Assembly: GCF_009914755.1 (NCBI RefSeq)
Contig: NC_060926.1
Length of the DNA: 64,000 nt
Reading direction: 5' to 3' (one strand)
Source: the human T2T-CHM13v2.0 reference genome, Homo sapiens
In this document: positions 13,401 through 28,557 of the stretch, in pieces
How the letters are laid out: each line of letters opens with the position of its first letter
Position numbering within the stretch: the first letter of the stretch is position 1
Notes under the pieces: generated by a model
The model's database searches: none
Told to the model about the DNA's origin: nothing
The model's input: only the letters and a program-made list of their open reading frames with translations
Made by a program: the position numbers and the translations under genes

Positions 13401-16330
13401 TTATGCTCTGATCTTGGTTATTTCTTGCCTTCTGCTAGCTTTTGAATTTGTTTGCTCTTGATTCTCTAGTTCTTTTAATTGTGATGTTAGCGTGTCAATT
13501 TTAGATCTTTCCTGCTCTCTCTTGTGGGCATTTAGTGCTATAAATTTCCCTCTACACACTGCTTTAAATGTGTCCCAGAGATTCTGGTACATTGTGTCTT
13601 TGTTCTCACTGGTTTCAAAGAACATCTTTATTTCTGCCTTCATCTTGTTATTTACCCAGTAGTCATTCAGGAGCAGGTTGTTCAGTTTCCATGTAGATGT
13701 GCGGTTTTGAGTGAGTTTCTTAATCCTGAGTTCTAATTTGATTGCACTGTGGTCTGAGAGACTGTTATGATTTCTGTTCTTTTACATTTTCTGAGGAGTG
13801 TTTTACTTCCAATTATGTGGTCAATTTTAGAAAAAGTGTGATGTGATGCTGAGAAGAATGCATATTCTGTTGATTTGGGGTGGAGAGTTCTATAGATGTT
13901 TATTAGGTCTGCTTGGTCTATAGCTGAGTTCAAGTCTTGGATATCCTTGGTAATTTTGTGTCTCGTTGATCTATTATTGACACTGGGGTGTTAAAGTCTC
14001 CCACTATTATTGTGTGGGAGTCTAAGTCTCTTTGTAGGCCTCTAAGAACTTGCTTTATGAATCTGAGTGCTCCCGTATTGAGTGCATATATATTTAGGAT
14101 AGTTAGCTCTTCTTGTTGCATTGATCCCTTTACAGTTATGTTATGCCCTTCTTTGTCTCTTTTGATCTTTGTTGGTTTAAAGTCTGTTTTATCAGAGACC
14201 AGTATTGCAACCCCTGCTTTTTTTTTTGCTTTCCATTTGCTTGGTAGATCTTCCTCCATCCCTTTATTTTGAGCCTCTGTGTGTCTTTGCAAGTGAGATG
14301 GGTCTCCTGAATAGATCACACCAATGGTTCGTGACTCTTTATCCAATTTGTCAGCCTGTGTCTTTTAATTGAGGCATTTAGCCCATTTACATTTAAGGTT
14401 AATATTGTTATGTGTGAATTTGATCCTGCCATTGTGATGCTAGCTGGTTATTTTGTCCGTTAGTTGATGCAGTTTCTTCATAGTGTTGATGGTCTTTACA
14501 ATTTGGTATGCTTTTGCAGTAGCTGGTAGTGGTTGTTCCTTTCCATGTTTAGTGCTTCCTTCAGGAACTCTCGTAGGACAGGCTTGGTGGTGACAAAATC
14601 TCTTAGCATTTCCTTATCTGTAAAGGATTTTATTTCTCCTTCACTTATGAAGCTTAGTTTGGCTGGATATGAAATTCTGGGTTGAAAATTCTTTTGTTTA
14701 AGAATGTTCAATATGGGCCTCCACTCTCTTCTGTCTTGTAGGGTTTCTGCTGAGGGATCTGCTGTTAGTCTGATGGGCTTCCCTTTGTGGGTAACCTGAC
14801 CTTTCTCTCTGGCTGCCCTTAACATTTTTTTCTCCATTTCACCCTTGGTGAATCTGACAATTATATGTCTTGAGGTTGCTCTTCTTGAGGAGTATCTTTA
14901 TGGTGTTCTCTGTATTTCCTGAATTTGAATGTTGGCCTGCCTTGCTAGGTTGGGATAGTTCTCCTGGATGATATCCTGCAGAGTGTTTTCCAACTTGGTT
15001 CCATTCTCCCCATCACTTTCAGGTACACCAGTCAAAAGTAGATTTGGTCTTTTCACATAGTCCCATATTTCTTGGAGGCTTTGTTCTTTTCACTCTTTTT
15101 TTTCGAATCTTGTCTTCTCACTTTATTTCATTGAGTTGATCTTCAATGTCTGATATTCTTTCTTCCACTATCAATTTGGCTAATGATACTTGTGTATGCT
15201 TCACGAAGTTCTCATGCTGCGTTTTTTAGCTCCATCAGGTCATTTATGTTCTTCTCTGAACTGGTCATTCTAGTTAGCGATTTTTCTAAACTTTTTCAAG
15301 GTTCTTAGCTTCCTTGCATTGGGTTAGAACATGCTCCTTAACTCGGAGGAATTTGTTATTACCCACCTTCTGAAGCTTACTTTTGCCAATTCGTCGAACT
15401 CATTCTCCATCCAGTTTTGTTCCCTTGCTGGCAAGGAGTTGTGATCCTTTGGAGGAGAAGAGCCGTTCTGGTTTTTGGAATTTTCATCCTTTTTGCGCTG
15501 GTTTATCCCCATCTTCATGGATTTATCTACCTTTGGTCTTTGAAGTCGGTGCCCTTCAGATGGGGTCTCTGAGTGGATGTCCTTTTTTGTTGATGTTGAT
15601 ACTATTCCTTTTTGTTTGTTAGTTTTCCTTTTAAAAGTCAGGACCCTCTGCTGCAGGTCTGCTGGAGTTTGCTGGAAGTCCACTCCAGACCCTGTTTGCC
15701 TGGGTATCACCAGTGGAGGCTGCAGAATAACAAAGACTGCTGCTTGTTCCTACCTCTGGAAGCTTCGTTCCAGAGTGGCACCCACCAGATGCCAGCCAGA
15801 GCTCTCCTGTATGAGGTGTCTGTCAGCCCCTACTGGGAGGTATCTCCTAGTCAGGATACACAAGGGTCAGGGATCCACTTGAGGTGGCAGTCTGTCCCTT
15901 ATTAGAGCTCCAATGCTGTGCTTGTAGATCCGCTGCTGTCTTCAGAGCTGCCAGGTAGGGACATTTAAGTCTGCTGAAGCTGTGCCCACAACCGCCCCTT
16001 CCCCCAGGTGCTCTGTCCCAGGGATGTGGGAGTTTCATGTATAAGTCCCTGACTGGGGCTGCTGCCTTTTTTTCAGAGATGCCCTGCCCAGAGAGGCAGT
16101 CTGGCCACAGGGGTGTTGCTGAGTTGGGGCGGGATCCGCCCAGTTCGAACTTCCTGGCAGCTTTGTTTACACTGTGAGGGTGAAACCGTCTACTCAAGCC
16201 TTAGCAATGGCGGACGTGCTTTCCTCCACCAAGCTTGAGCGTCCCAGGTCCATCTTAGACTGCTGCTGTGCTGGCAGCAAGAATTTCAAGCCAGTGGATC
16301 TTAGCTTGCTGGGCTCTCTGGGGGTGGGAC
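10414..16330 (-). mobile_element. L1-A: near full-length L1PA (approx. PA7/PA8), inactive, start of 5'UTR missing
   Basis: Minus-strand ORF1 fragments (14496-15710) and ORF2 EN/RT/C fragments (10567-14346, e.g. [16 protein letters not shown]). Poly(T) and 3'UTR from 10414. Multiple stops and frameshifts; no TSD found. Confidence 0.96.
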
Positions 16331-16389
16331 ATGTCTGGTTACTCCTTAGTCAGCATTACTACTTCTTCCTTAGCTTCCTACCCCTACTA

Positions 16390-17400
16390 GTGAGTTGGCC
16401 CCAAAATCAATCCTTGAATCTCTTCTTTTCTGTCTACACTCACACTCTGGATGATGTCACCGAGTTGCACATTTACTGATGACTGTCAAATATATAATTT
16501 CTAACTGTGCCCCTCCCCTGAACTCCAGATTTGTATATCGGACTGCCTACATGATGTCTCTCCTGCATGTCTAATTGACATCCAAAAGTTGACCTGTCCA
16601 AAATGGAGCTTCTGTTCCTCCCACAGCCTCTCCTTTTAGGAAATAGCAATCCATCTTTCTGGCTGTTTGGACCAAAAAACCTTGGCATCTTGCTTGACTT
16701 TAATAGTGTGCATCCAGTCCGTCAGCAAATCCCACGGACTCTACTTCACAGTAAATCCAGAACCCAGCCATTTCTCATCACTTTGACTGCTACCACCAAG
16801 TTCCAAGCTGCTGTGATTTCTCACTTAGTTTTGTAATAGCTCCCTAACTTGTCTCCTGGCATTTGTTTTGCCTCTTCAGTCCATTGGCAGCATAAATGTC
16901 AGAGTGGTATTTTGAAAATACAAATCAGGCCAAATTCTCTTCCAATGTAATCCTTTCTCACTCATAGTAAAAAATGAACATTTCTTATAATATCTTTGGG
17001 GTCCACCTGATCTGGCATCCCATATCTCTCAGACCTTATTGCCCGCTATGCTCCTTCAGGGTCATTCTGCTTTAGCTACATCACCCACCTTGGTGAAACA
17101 ATCTAGGCATCCATCAATCCCAGGCCCTTCTTATTTCCTCTTTTGTCTGCCTGGAATGCTATCCCTCCAGGTACCACATGGCTCCCTCCGTGACCTCTTC
17201 CGGGTCTTTGCTGAAATCTGTCTTTCTCCATGCCCTACCTATCTAAAATTGATACTCTTTCCCACTCTACTCCCTTTCCTCATTTATAGTTTTATTTATT
17301 CTCGTTATTATTTATCATAATCTAATATACTATATGCTTTACTTATTTATTATCTGTCTTCTTCCAGCAGAATATAAGGTCCATGAGGTAGTGGTCTCTG
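16390..17400 (+). mobile_element. L2 LINE fragment
   Basis: cccctgaactccaga, gactgcctac...catgtctaattgacatcc, tccagaacccagccatttctcatc, gaatataaggtccatgagg. Confidence 0.8.
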
Positions 17401-17404
17401 TTAA

Positions 17405-18200
17405 CATTTGTAAAGATTCCATGTGTGCCTGAAAACAAAGTGTTAGTTACAACATTCTTCATATTCATATTCTTCATTCTTCATATTCATTAATTAAGCT
17501 TTCTAATATTTAAATCTTCGCTATGCTTACTAATTTTTGGTCTGTTTGATTTATACATCAATGAGGATGTTAGTATCTCCCACAAATGGAAGAATTTGCC
17601 AGTTTTTCCTTATAGTTCCTTTAGTTTTTGTGCTACATATTTTGAGATATCTTAGGGTAATGCAAGTTTAGAATTATTACATCTCTCAGGAAAACTGAAC
17701 CTTTTTTTTTCATTATGGTGTAAACTTTAACTCTGGTTTTACATGTATTTGTGGGAAAGCCTATTTTGACTGGTGTGATATAGATATACCAGATAGATAT
17801 CTAGGTTAATTTGCCTACTATGTTTATTTCGTCTCTTTATTTAAACATTTCTGCTTCTTTATTGTGAGGCTTGTTTCATCTAAAGCGTGTATATTCCTTG
17901 AATTTTTATAATCAAATCTGACAGTTCATGCCATTTACCCGGAGTTCAGTCTATTTTCATCTACTGCAATTTCTAAAATATTTTGATTTATTTTTACCAC
18001 CTCATTTTTAAGCTTTCTATTTGTGTCCCTCTCTGTGTCTCAGATTTTCCTCCTTTTTTTTCTTTGAATCAATTTATTTCCCCGTATTCCATTATCTACT
18101 CTTCCTCATACATATTTGGAAGAGATATACTCTCCTTCTATTTTTAATTAAAAAAATTTAACATCCACACTTCTTATACTTAAATATAAATTAAGAGTTT
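17405..18200 (-). mobile_element. Old L1M ORF2 (endonuclease-region) fragment
   Basis: ttccatgtgtgcctgaaaa, tttttgtgctacatattttgag, caagtttagaattattac, aatcaaatctgaca. Confidence 0.6.
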
Positions 18201-21200
18201 TTCCTTCCCTTCAAAAATATAAAAATTATAGAATATTCTATTTATTTTAAGATAAATTTGTAGAAAGAATGCATGGACTGTAAGAGGGATATGCAGGAAT
18301 AAGAAGGTTCGGCACTCACTCTGTCTCCTACATCTCTTTCATATTTTTCTCCATAGAATTTATCATCACTTGACTTTGTCATTTGCTTATTGGCTGCCTT
18401 TCTCCTCTAACATGCAAATTTCACAGGGACAAAATTTTTTAACAGTTTGTTTACTCTTGTTTACTCAGTGCATCAAATAGTTCCTGCTTATAGTAAGTGC
18501 TCAGCAAATAAAGTTACTTTTATGAATGCTTCAATTGCAAACACACACTTCAGGCCTGCGTGATATTGTTGCTTAGCCTTTTAAACTCTTTTATTTATTC
18601 TTAACGTCACTAATTACATCCCTTAGAAGCTTTAGTATAGGTCTGTGGATAGCAAAGTCTCCGGAGGCACCTACTCAAGTGATGCAGGAACTTGAATATC
18701 TGGAAGGAGGGATGAGGAGCTGGACAGTAGTGCTATGGGAGTCACAAACAAAACAGGACAGTGGGAACCAAACTTCTGTGATAGTGCTAGTACTTTAACA
18801 CCTCCTGGAGGAGGTGCCCATAGAAACCCCTGTTACAGCTGTATTTCTGACTGTATTTGTATTTGAATTTTTGGCCCCACAGATCCTATGGCATTGCTCA
18901 CTAAGCCTTTATTCTCCTTGGCTGTCAGAACGCCATCAAATACCCATCAGTTGGCTCTGGCAAGAAAGCTTGTTTATTCAAATAGCAAAGAAGAAAAAAA
19001 TCTCTTGCTGCCTCTCCCTCCCCCACTTGTTTTCTCCATGTCTACTTACTTGTTTCTCAAAGGTAGGGAGAGGGATAGGCTTGCCTTTCCCAGCACCCCC
19101 TTAAGGTCCTGAAACTACTTCTAAAAGGGGAGGTCCAGTGGCTAAATACATTTGCATAGTTCACAGAGTTAGAATTTTGGAAATTGCCTGTTTTTTATTT
19201 TCATTTTAAAATTTTTATTCTTCCAGTCTCTGCTTGTCAGCATGACTCCTGATATTTCTTTCTGTGGCAGGCTGCATTTGAACAAGGCAAAGAAACAAAG
19301 TAGTGTGGTCAATGAACCACATGTTTACAACCTTTTGCAGAAATGGCTGTATCTTTGGGTGTTTCTTTCCTTGGGGGCTACTACTGCTGCCTAATCCCCT
19401 CTGACAATTGAACTCTTAAGAATTATTTCCCAGGTCTTAGTTGTGAGAGTCAAGGAGGTAGCCAAGGTTGTCTAGGCAATCCGCACCTAGCTTTATAACT
19501 AAACGATTGTTTGCATCTTCAGAGCTGCTTCTAAACTCAAGGAAGGAAAGCACTCATAATTTATCTGAGTGTTAAGAGTCGAAGTTCATTGAGTCATAGA
19601 GTATTTCAACATTCAGATTGATACTCTGGCAGTGGATATCCTACCTCCTGGGAAGTGGGAAACAGAAGAGAGAGTGCTCTCCTTCCCTGACCACTTTGCC
19701 TTGCTTTTGTGTATGCATATGCAGTTCCTTCCCTAGTCATTTGGTTCCAGGATGTTCCAGAAGGAAGAAATATCAGAAGCCATTATGCATTTAATTTTTC
19801 TCTTTTATTTAAGAAAATTCAATTTTGTTACACTCAGAATAAAAGAAACAACTACATGAGGTGGAGATGAGACTAATTATAGATAGTAAGTAAGCAAATA
19901 GCTGTGAGTCATAGAGGAAACTCAAAAATGTGCTGACCATGGATAGTAAGTTAGTAACTTGAGAGGCACAGTAGACCTAGCTAGAATTTGTAGAACTTTT
20001 TTGGAATATAGATCAAAATGATGGAACAAAAAAGAGTGTGACTTGTTGATAGACGATGGTGGAAAGCAAAGTAAATGTCAAAAATCCCCAAAGCACAAAT
20101 TATGTCACCTCCAGATTGATAACTATGCCATATCTGAACTGCCACGTACCTCTATTCTGGCCCATGTGTCCTCTGTCCAAGACACACACTCTTAACTGCT
20201 TAGAGTGCTATTGGCCACTTACTATGTAGCCAAATAAAAAATTGGCTGGGAGTTAGTTTTAGCAAGAAAAAGTCATCACTCTCCATTGTCTCTTTTCTTT
20301 GTTTTTTAGCCCCCAAATGGTTATTATAATACTCAGTTTCATTGTGTTTCCTTCCCTATCTCATCAGTAAGGAGTTTGCAGAGGGAGTCTCTGGAGTCAA
20401 GATAAATAGGAGACTGGGAGTTCTATAAGGCTAAACATACATTATGTGAAAGTTGTGGATGTTAGATATGAGGTCCTCAAAAACAAATCTGTTCATGCCT
20501 GCTTTGTCTAGCTCAGCAAAGAGTTGTGGACTATTGATGAGGGGTTGGTCTACTCTGATGTCCTCTTTTCTCTGGAAATTGTTCTTTCTCCACTATATTC
20601 TGTGATCCTAGTAGGACTTTCTATCATAGCACCCAGTCTCACTGGCCATTGGGATAGACATGTGACCAAGACCAGCAATTTCCTTATAGTATCCATAGTG
20701 CCTGGCTTAACTGCCTCTGCATTTATGAACGGAAAACTATGAACTGAGGTTTGGCTCTCCTGTCTTAGAAGACATCACTGTCTATAGAAGGAGGGAATAA
20801 AATCAGAGAAGGTAGGTTTAAGATCTGGATGTACAAGTAAATGATCATATCAGCATCAACTTCTTAGGCTAGTTCTCATTGGTCCCAGAGCTTCCCTTCT
20901 TCCCTTAGTGACACTTTTGTTTCTGTGAGCCCATCCAGTCTAATGGGACAATAAGGCCCTTTTAGTGTGAGCCACTTTCTGTTGAGTTTCTGTTACATAA
21001 TATACATTCCTGAAAAAATAGAAATCACTCATTAGAAGTAGGGTGTCATCAGGCCCTAGAATTCGGAATTGTTTGACTTTGGGTGGTGTATGATTGATAG
21101 GATTGCCTTCTTGTGGGTTGGGAAAATGGGATTATTGTTACATGATCCCATACCAGATGGTTGAATGCTTGCCTTTCATCTCTTGTTGTCATATACCAAT

Positions 21201-22359
21201 TAAACATACCAAGACAGAGCCATTAAGGACTTGGGAAACAATTGTAAGTTTATTAGAGGGTGTTGGTTTTTTTCTTAGTTAATATGGGAGTCTAAGTAAA
21301 GAAAAAAGTCTTATTACTAGCTGACATGACTAAAACTATAAAAGGAATAGCATTCAGTATTGTTGGGATAAGCCCTTTCCACTTGTCACCAGCATCCTTC
21401 TTGGTCCTGTCCAAACTCCATCTCCTGCATGAAGTGTTTCCTAACTACTCTAGCCCACACATTCATTTCTTTATGGGTTAATTCTTCAAATATTTACTTT
21501 GCACCTACTGTGCATCAGAAATTGGGCAAGGTGCCAGACATTTCTACTGACTCTATTGTTTCTAGGACATAAGTCTTTTAATAACACAGTTTATTTACTG
21601 ATGTTTCCATTGAAGAACATAATGAAACCTGAAATCAGTGGCAGCTGAATGAAGGAGCTCTGGCCTTGTGATAGTCTGTTAATACGAAAGAACCACAAAA
21701 AGCGAGATCCACATTGGGCAACATTCATTGAGTACCTACTATGCAAATTTGACAAGACTTCTGCCCTTGGGGAGGGAGTTCTTAGATTCTGGGAGAATTG
21801 TTAGAGTCGCACATAGGGGTCATTGTGAATTATCAGGAAAAGTGGCTTCTGGGTTTCTCTTCCCAGGGATTATATATTCATTCTCTCCTAAAAGGAAATC
21901 AGGCCAAGGAACCGATGATATATTCTGAACATTTGGGCAAATGCCAAAGCTACCAAATCACCTTGTGAACAGGAAGAAACCTTTTCTGCTGCTGAATAAA
22001 CTTTCTTTGTGGGGTTGGTATTCAAATCTCTCTCTATTACACATTTCCTAGTTCTCTGTGTTCTTAAAATAAGATTAGCAAGAGTCAATTCCAATGGCCA
22101 AATAAATTTGTAAGTTTACTATGTTATTCATTCATTAGTTTGTTCATCAAGTATTTATTAACTTATGCTGTGTAGCAAGTTGTTTGCCAGGTGAACCATA
22201 GACAGCATAGAACTGAAAGTGAGGAAACTTAAATGACCGATCCTGTTTTGCAGCTGAGTGACTGTGTGACCCTGGGTGAATCATGAAAATGCTTTGAATC
22301 TCAATTTATTTATCTGCACTTCACAACTACATAATTAGGCAGGAACATGCATGAAATAG

Positions 22360-23260
22360 ATATCTGTGAGTTCAAAATGATATAAATAAATGGTCAAATA
22401 AATAGGGAAAGGAGCAGATTAACTTCAAGTACATGTAGAAAGACTAAGATACGATTATCATTAGATGATTGCTGCATACAAGATCCACAAGTAAATGCTG
22501 AAACGTTACACAGGATATTTGGATAGCCTCAAAGTATCTCCCCCAAATATTCATTAAATAGATTGGTGGTTTTAACGTGTCTACAGATTCTTTCACAGTC
22601 CTCCTTTCAGGAGGTGGGCCTTAATCCCCCTTTCCTATAATGTTTGCTGGGCTCAGACTTTTTCTAACAAAGGACATAGGAAAAGATACCACTTTTAGGT
22701 GGAGAAATCCAGCAGACACCACCGTAAGCAAGTGATCACAGTTAACGTCACCAGTACTGTCATAGTGACATTGTGTAGCCCCTGAAGAAGAAGGCTTCAT
22801 TAATGCAATGAATAAGATAAATTACTTTTGTGGTATTTTTCCCCAAAATCCATAACCCCAGTCTAATCATGAGAAACCATCAGACAAATCCAAATTGAGG
22901 GGCATTCTGCAAATACCCAACTAGTTCTTTTCAAAGGTGTCACCAGCATGAAAAATAAAAGCTAAGAAATTGCCACAGATTGGAGAAGATTAAAGAAAAT
23001 GCAATGTGGAATTCTCTATTGACTCCTAGAACAGACAAAGGATTAGTGGAAACTAGAAAATTTTGTGAAATCTGAATAAAGTCTATAGTTTAACAGTCCA
23101 GCATCAGTATTAATTTCTTAGTTTTGATAAATATTTCTTAGTTACATAAGATGTTAATATTGGGGGAAGCAGGGTGAAGGGTCGATGTGAATTCTCTGAA
23201 CTATTTTTGCAACTTTTCTGGAAATCTAAATCTATATCAAAATAAAAAGTTTTAAAAATA
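22360..23260 (+). mobile_element. L1MC/MD-type 3'UTR fragment
   Basis: ccccaaaatccataaccccagtctaatcatgagaaaccatcagacaaatccaaattgagggg...ctatttttgcaacttttctggaaatctaaa...caaaataaaaag. Confidence 0.8.
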
Positions 23261-23479
23261 TTGTATCTTACAAAGTTGTTTAAGGAACCACTTCAATAAT
23301 ATTTGAAAATGCCTAGAAAAGATCTAGTATCATACTTACATATAAAAAAATTTTTATTTTTCTCATGGGGAAATGGAAAGAGTGGACAGTAGGGATGGCT
23401 GCTGGAAGGTGTAAGAGATGAAGGAAAATATTTTAAGTGACATTCTTAAAAGGTCCAAAATCATTTTCTAACTCCTGCT

Positions 23480-23645
23480 TTTTAGAATGTCAGCTCCATG
23501 AAGGGAGATGGTTTTATTTGTTTTGTTCAGGGCTGTATACATAGCAAGTACAGCAATCATCTAATGATAATCTTATTATTGGAACAGTGCCTGGCACATA
23601 GCAAGTGTTCCATACACATTGTTGAAGAATAAATGAATGAATTAA
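23480..23645 (+). mobile_element. L2 3' end
   Basis: tagaatgtcagctccatgaaggg...aacagtgcctggcacatag...gaataaatgaatgaa. Confidence 0.8.
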
Positions 23646-25409
23646 TTAATGCTGGTCTATATCGGTCACCAGGTGAGGCAGTGTTGGAATGTGGTGATAG
23701 CAGTGAGGAGAGATTATAAACCCACCAAATCATGCTTAGGATGTGGGAGAATAACCCCAATCTTAGTCTGTTTGGTAGGGGTGAGGGGTGAGGTTAAGAT
23801 CAGAGCAAGATGAGGGTTATCAAAAGCAGGGAGTGTGGGTGAGTGAGATGTTTTGGGAGAACCCGGATTAAAAACACCCAGAAGAAAAAAGAACCATTAA
23901 AATACAGGACTTGAGGTGACCCAGCATCTGGAGCAGCTTTCAGGACCTTTGGCCTTTTTCAGAAGTCAGACTGCTCCTTACCAAGGTCTCAGTTCCTCTA
24001 GATGAGTTGAGTCTCAAGAGTATTCTCCCCTCCACAGAAGAGCCCACTGACTGGAAGTATGGAAAAACTGCTACCTGAATATAAACAAAACACCCTCGTT
24101 ACAATTAGACAGTGATATGCCCAAGTACACAATACCCTTTATCCCAGTACAATCAGGAATATGGATTTCCACCCCAGAATGGGTTCCAGTTCCTCAAAGA
24201 AAGCATCTTCCACACTCATTTGGGGACAAGGTAGAGGGTATATTTCACCGGCCTTCAAGTAGTTGTCTAAATTGTAGAGACTGCCATGTTCTTTCAGAGT
24301 TGGGATATGGTGTTTAGTATAGCACAACAAAGTGCAGGCAGGAGGAATAAAAGCAGAGTCCTGAGTCTTAGGCAGGCAGTTTCTTAATTGCAGGGAACAT
24401 TTCAACCGTGTTTTCTAGTTCATGACTGTTTACCAGGACTGGGGAGCTCATTCTGCAGGTCAGCCACTTGTTGGGTCCTGGCGGTTGTGTTTCTTAGAGA
24501 GGGAGACTCCGTCCCCCACAGAGACCATGGCAAGGCCACAGTGGCTTTTGGTACCATTATCAGAGGCCCCACAGAATGCTGTATCAGCAGCTCTCTCTCC
24601 ATTTATGTAACACAGAAGAATTAGTTCTTTCCTTGCCTTCTTTAGATTGATTTAATTTCCCAGGCTGAGCTCCATAATGTAAGCTAAGGCCTGCTTCAAG
24701 GCCTATGACCATTAATGTTGAGTTGCAGTTTCCAGCAGAAAGTTTTTCTGAGAGTTGGTAGCTCAGCTGTTTCATTTCATAATGGGTGGGAATGTGGCAG
24801 GCGGGCTGTCAAACCTGATGCAAATGATATTTTATAAAAAGTGGTTTAAATTGGCTGAAGCTGTTTTTAGACTGATCAGTTAAAAAATATGTAGGGCATC
24901 TTTCTGACTTGCAGGAACACAGCTCCCAAGAATTAGATTTTTCATCACATACTTTGAGAGAGGTTTGTAGGTGGGCACAGGCTCATCAGAAAAAGCAGAT
25001 GAGGACTTGTTAATATGGGAACATGTAAATTGGGTTCAAGCTGCCCTCAGTTAATTGGAAGGGATATGTGAGCTAAGAAGGGAGGAAAGGAAAGCCATAT
25101 TGGAAGGAATACACTTAATGCCCTAGAGAAATAAGCCTTGTTCTTTGTTCTCCCCAGGCTATTAGAACAGTTGCAGGAATTCTGCCCCAAGACACAGAGG
25201 CAGTGTTTTTAGCTCCTGGGACTACAATTGCTGTCATTTTCAGCAGGACCTGAAGAAGCAAGTGATATTTTGACCCTTGATAAACAGATTTCAGGAGCAG
25301 CAGCCAGCAACTGTGGAAGGTTAGCTTTCTGAGTTTTGCAAAGACTAGTGCTCTTGAGATTAGACAAGCAGAAATTCAAAATTCCACTGAGAAACTTAGG
25401 AATTTATTT

Positions 25410-25745
<336 letters not shown>

Positions 25746-27983
25746 TGACTTTCTTCTCCTCCTTTCTACTCAAATCCTACTTTCAGCCATTTTCCTGGGT
25801 CTGGGCCAGTCTAGATGCAGCAAGCATGGTTTCTTCTCTGGTGCTGTGCTGGGGTTTTGACCCTGCCAACTCAGGAGACATGCTCCTGAACCGAATGCGT
25901 CTATTGCTTTGCCACTCTTGTCAAGTCTGTGGAATTCGGCTCTTAGGACCCCATCTCTCGTATATAAATTTAGATGAGATGCAAAATATTGTACATATAT
26001 ACATTTGGCTTCACATAAAGTAAATGTTGGAAGTTTGTGTGGAAATGGTTAATATGTAAATGTCTACAAAATCTGCCTCCTCCTTCCTACTCTCAGAAAT
26101 TCTGTGTTGTTTTATTTGGGATTGCTCTGCTTCTTTTTTGGATTCTTTTTAGGACTTAGGGGTTGAAGAATTTGGGAGGCAGGGGAAGAGAGGACCAGAG
26201 GGAGATAAAACTACAGTTTTAAGGGTGGCTTCAGGTGGTTTTGAGGAGAGGTGTGAGAGCAGGTGCAGTGTGTACAGCTTGCAGACTGGAGAGGAAGTTT
26301 TTAATTTAAAACGTTTAAGAAATGTTGCTATTGATTAAAATCTTTTGCAATGTTAGGTGTTAAAGAAAAATACAAACATTAGAGCTGAACTACTTTTATA
26401 CTATTTTGGTTGCATGGACTATGTTTTTGTTTTTAACTGCAATCCCATTTTGATGCCAAGCCATGTGGATCACAGCATTATAAGCATGATATTTGTTTTA
26501 ACTAGTTGGCTAATCCACGTGTATCATGTCCATGTGTCTACTCTCTTCCTTCATCCGTCCACTCTCTTCCTTCCTTCAACTTATGTTAGGCAGAATATAA
26601 GTTGTGGTTTGAGACCTAGAGAAAGGAGAAATTCATTTGGGAACATAAAAGATGAGAACAATTTATAGAAGTTTTGGTTGTCCACTATGATGGTAACCAT
26701 GGGTGCAACAAGAATTGGAAGAAAGGCTCAAACAAGAGCTTCAGTAGATCCTGTTTGCTGCCATAGCTGATCTCATATCTGTTTAGCATTGCAGTGTATC
26801 CAAATGCTGGCCTCAGCCTTCCTGGCCTTTCTTCATGTTCTATTGCAATACTCTTACTTGCTTCCTTCAGGTTGTTCTCTCTCATCCTTGCACTTCTTCC
26901 TCAGTTCTGGTTACGTACCTGTCTTGGCTCAGGCTATCACCATCACTTGGAAATATATTCTCAAGAATGTAAGCTCTTATGATCTATGAAACTTTTTCAG
27001 GTTCCCAAGTCCCAGGACCTTTCTATATTCATTGGACTCCTTTAAAGTACTCTTTATTTTGCACAGTTTAATAATTAGAATCATAAGATGTGAGAGTTGA
27101 AGGGGTCCTTACAGACCATATCTAGCCATCTCCTTTCATTTGTCAGATGAGACAACTGAGCTTTGGTGACAGGGTGTTACTCACGTTAGATCGTATGCTT
27201 GGAATATATGTTAACATGTTTGTTTATAAACTGAAAGTTGCTATAGAAATAGTAGTTAGTACTCTTTGAGTGGCAGAGCGGCATCTAGAAGCCAAGTCCC
27301 CTGACTCCTTTCTGCACTATCTGTTATATCAAGCTGCCTCTACTAAATTGCTGTCATTCTGTGTAAGCCTTGTCTGCCCAGTTTGTAGTGAGAGAACATG
27401 TAAAAGGAAGCCTCATCTAGCACCTACCATGTAACAACCACATTTATTACCAATACTCTGTCAGATAATGTATCATTCTTATTTTTACAAATGAGGACAC
27501 TAAACTTCAGAGAGGTTTAAACTTTTTCCCAAGGAGACACAGAAATCTGAAGACTCAGCATTCAGCTCCAGACTTGTGTAACTCAAAAGCAGTGTGTCTC
27601 CTTTTTCTTTCGTCTTTATCATGCCTCTTGAGGTCAAGATGATTTTTTTCCTTTTGTTTCTCTCAATATTTATGCCATCTTAGACCACAACATACGATTA
27701 ACCTCAATATTCTACTTCATCAGTGTCTGAGTCCTCCATAGGAAGTCTCTATGAACCTTTTCTTTTTTTCAATGAACAATTTCCAAGGAGGATCCATTTC
27801 ACAAATTCTAACAATCCATAATCATTTTAAAAATCATGATCAGATTAAAAGAACATGTGCTATGGCTCTCTGGAGAAAGATGTGAGAATTTGGCTCATGC
27901 TTTGTACTCTTTAGTTGAAAGTTACTCTTGAAATATAAAGGACAATTCATCTTAGTTTATAATGGGTGAATTCTGCATGATGA

Positions 27984-28557
<574 letters not shown>

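Noticed and set aside
20400-21350. Possible ancient ERVL-type LTR remnants here and at ~39030-39450
   Set aside because: Too decayed to assign a family or bounds by eye.
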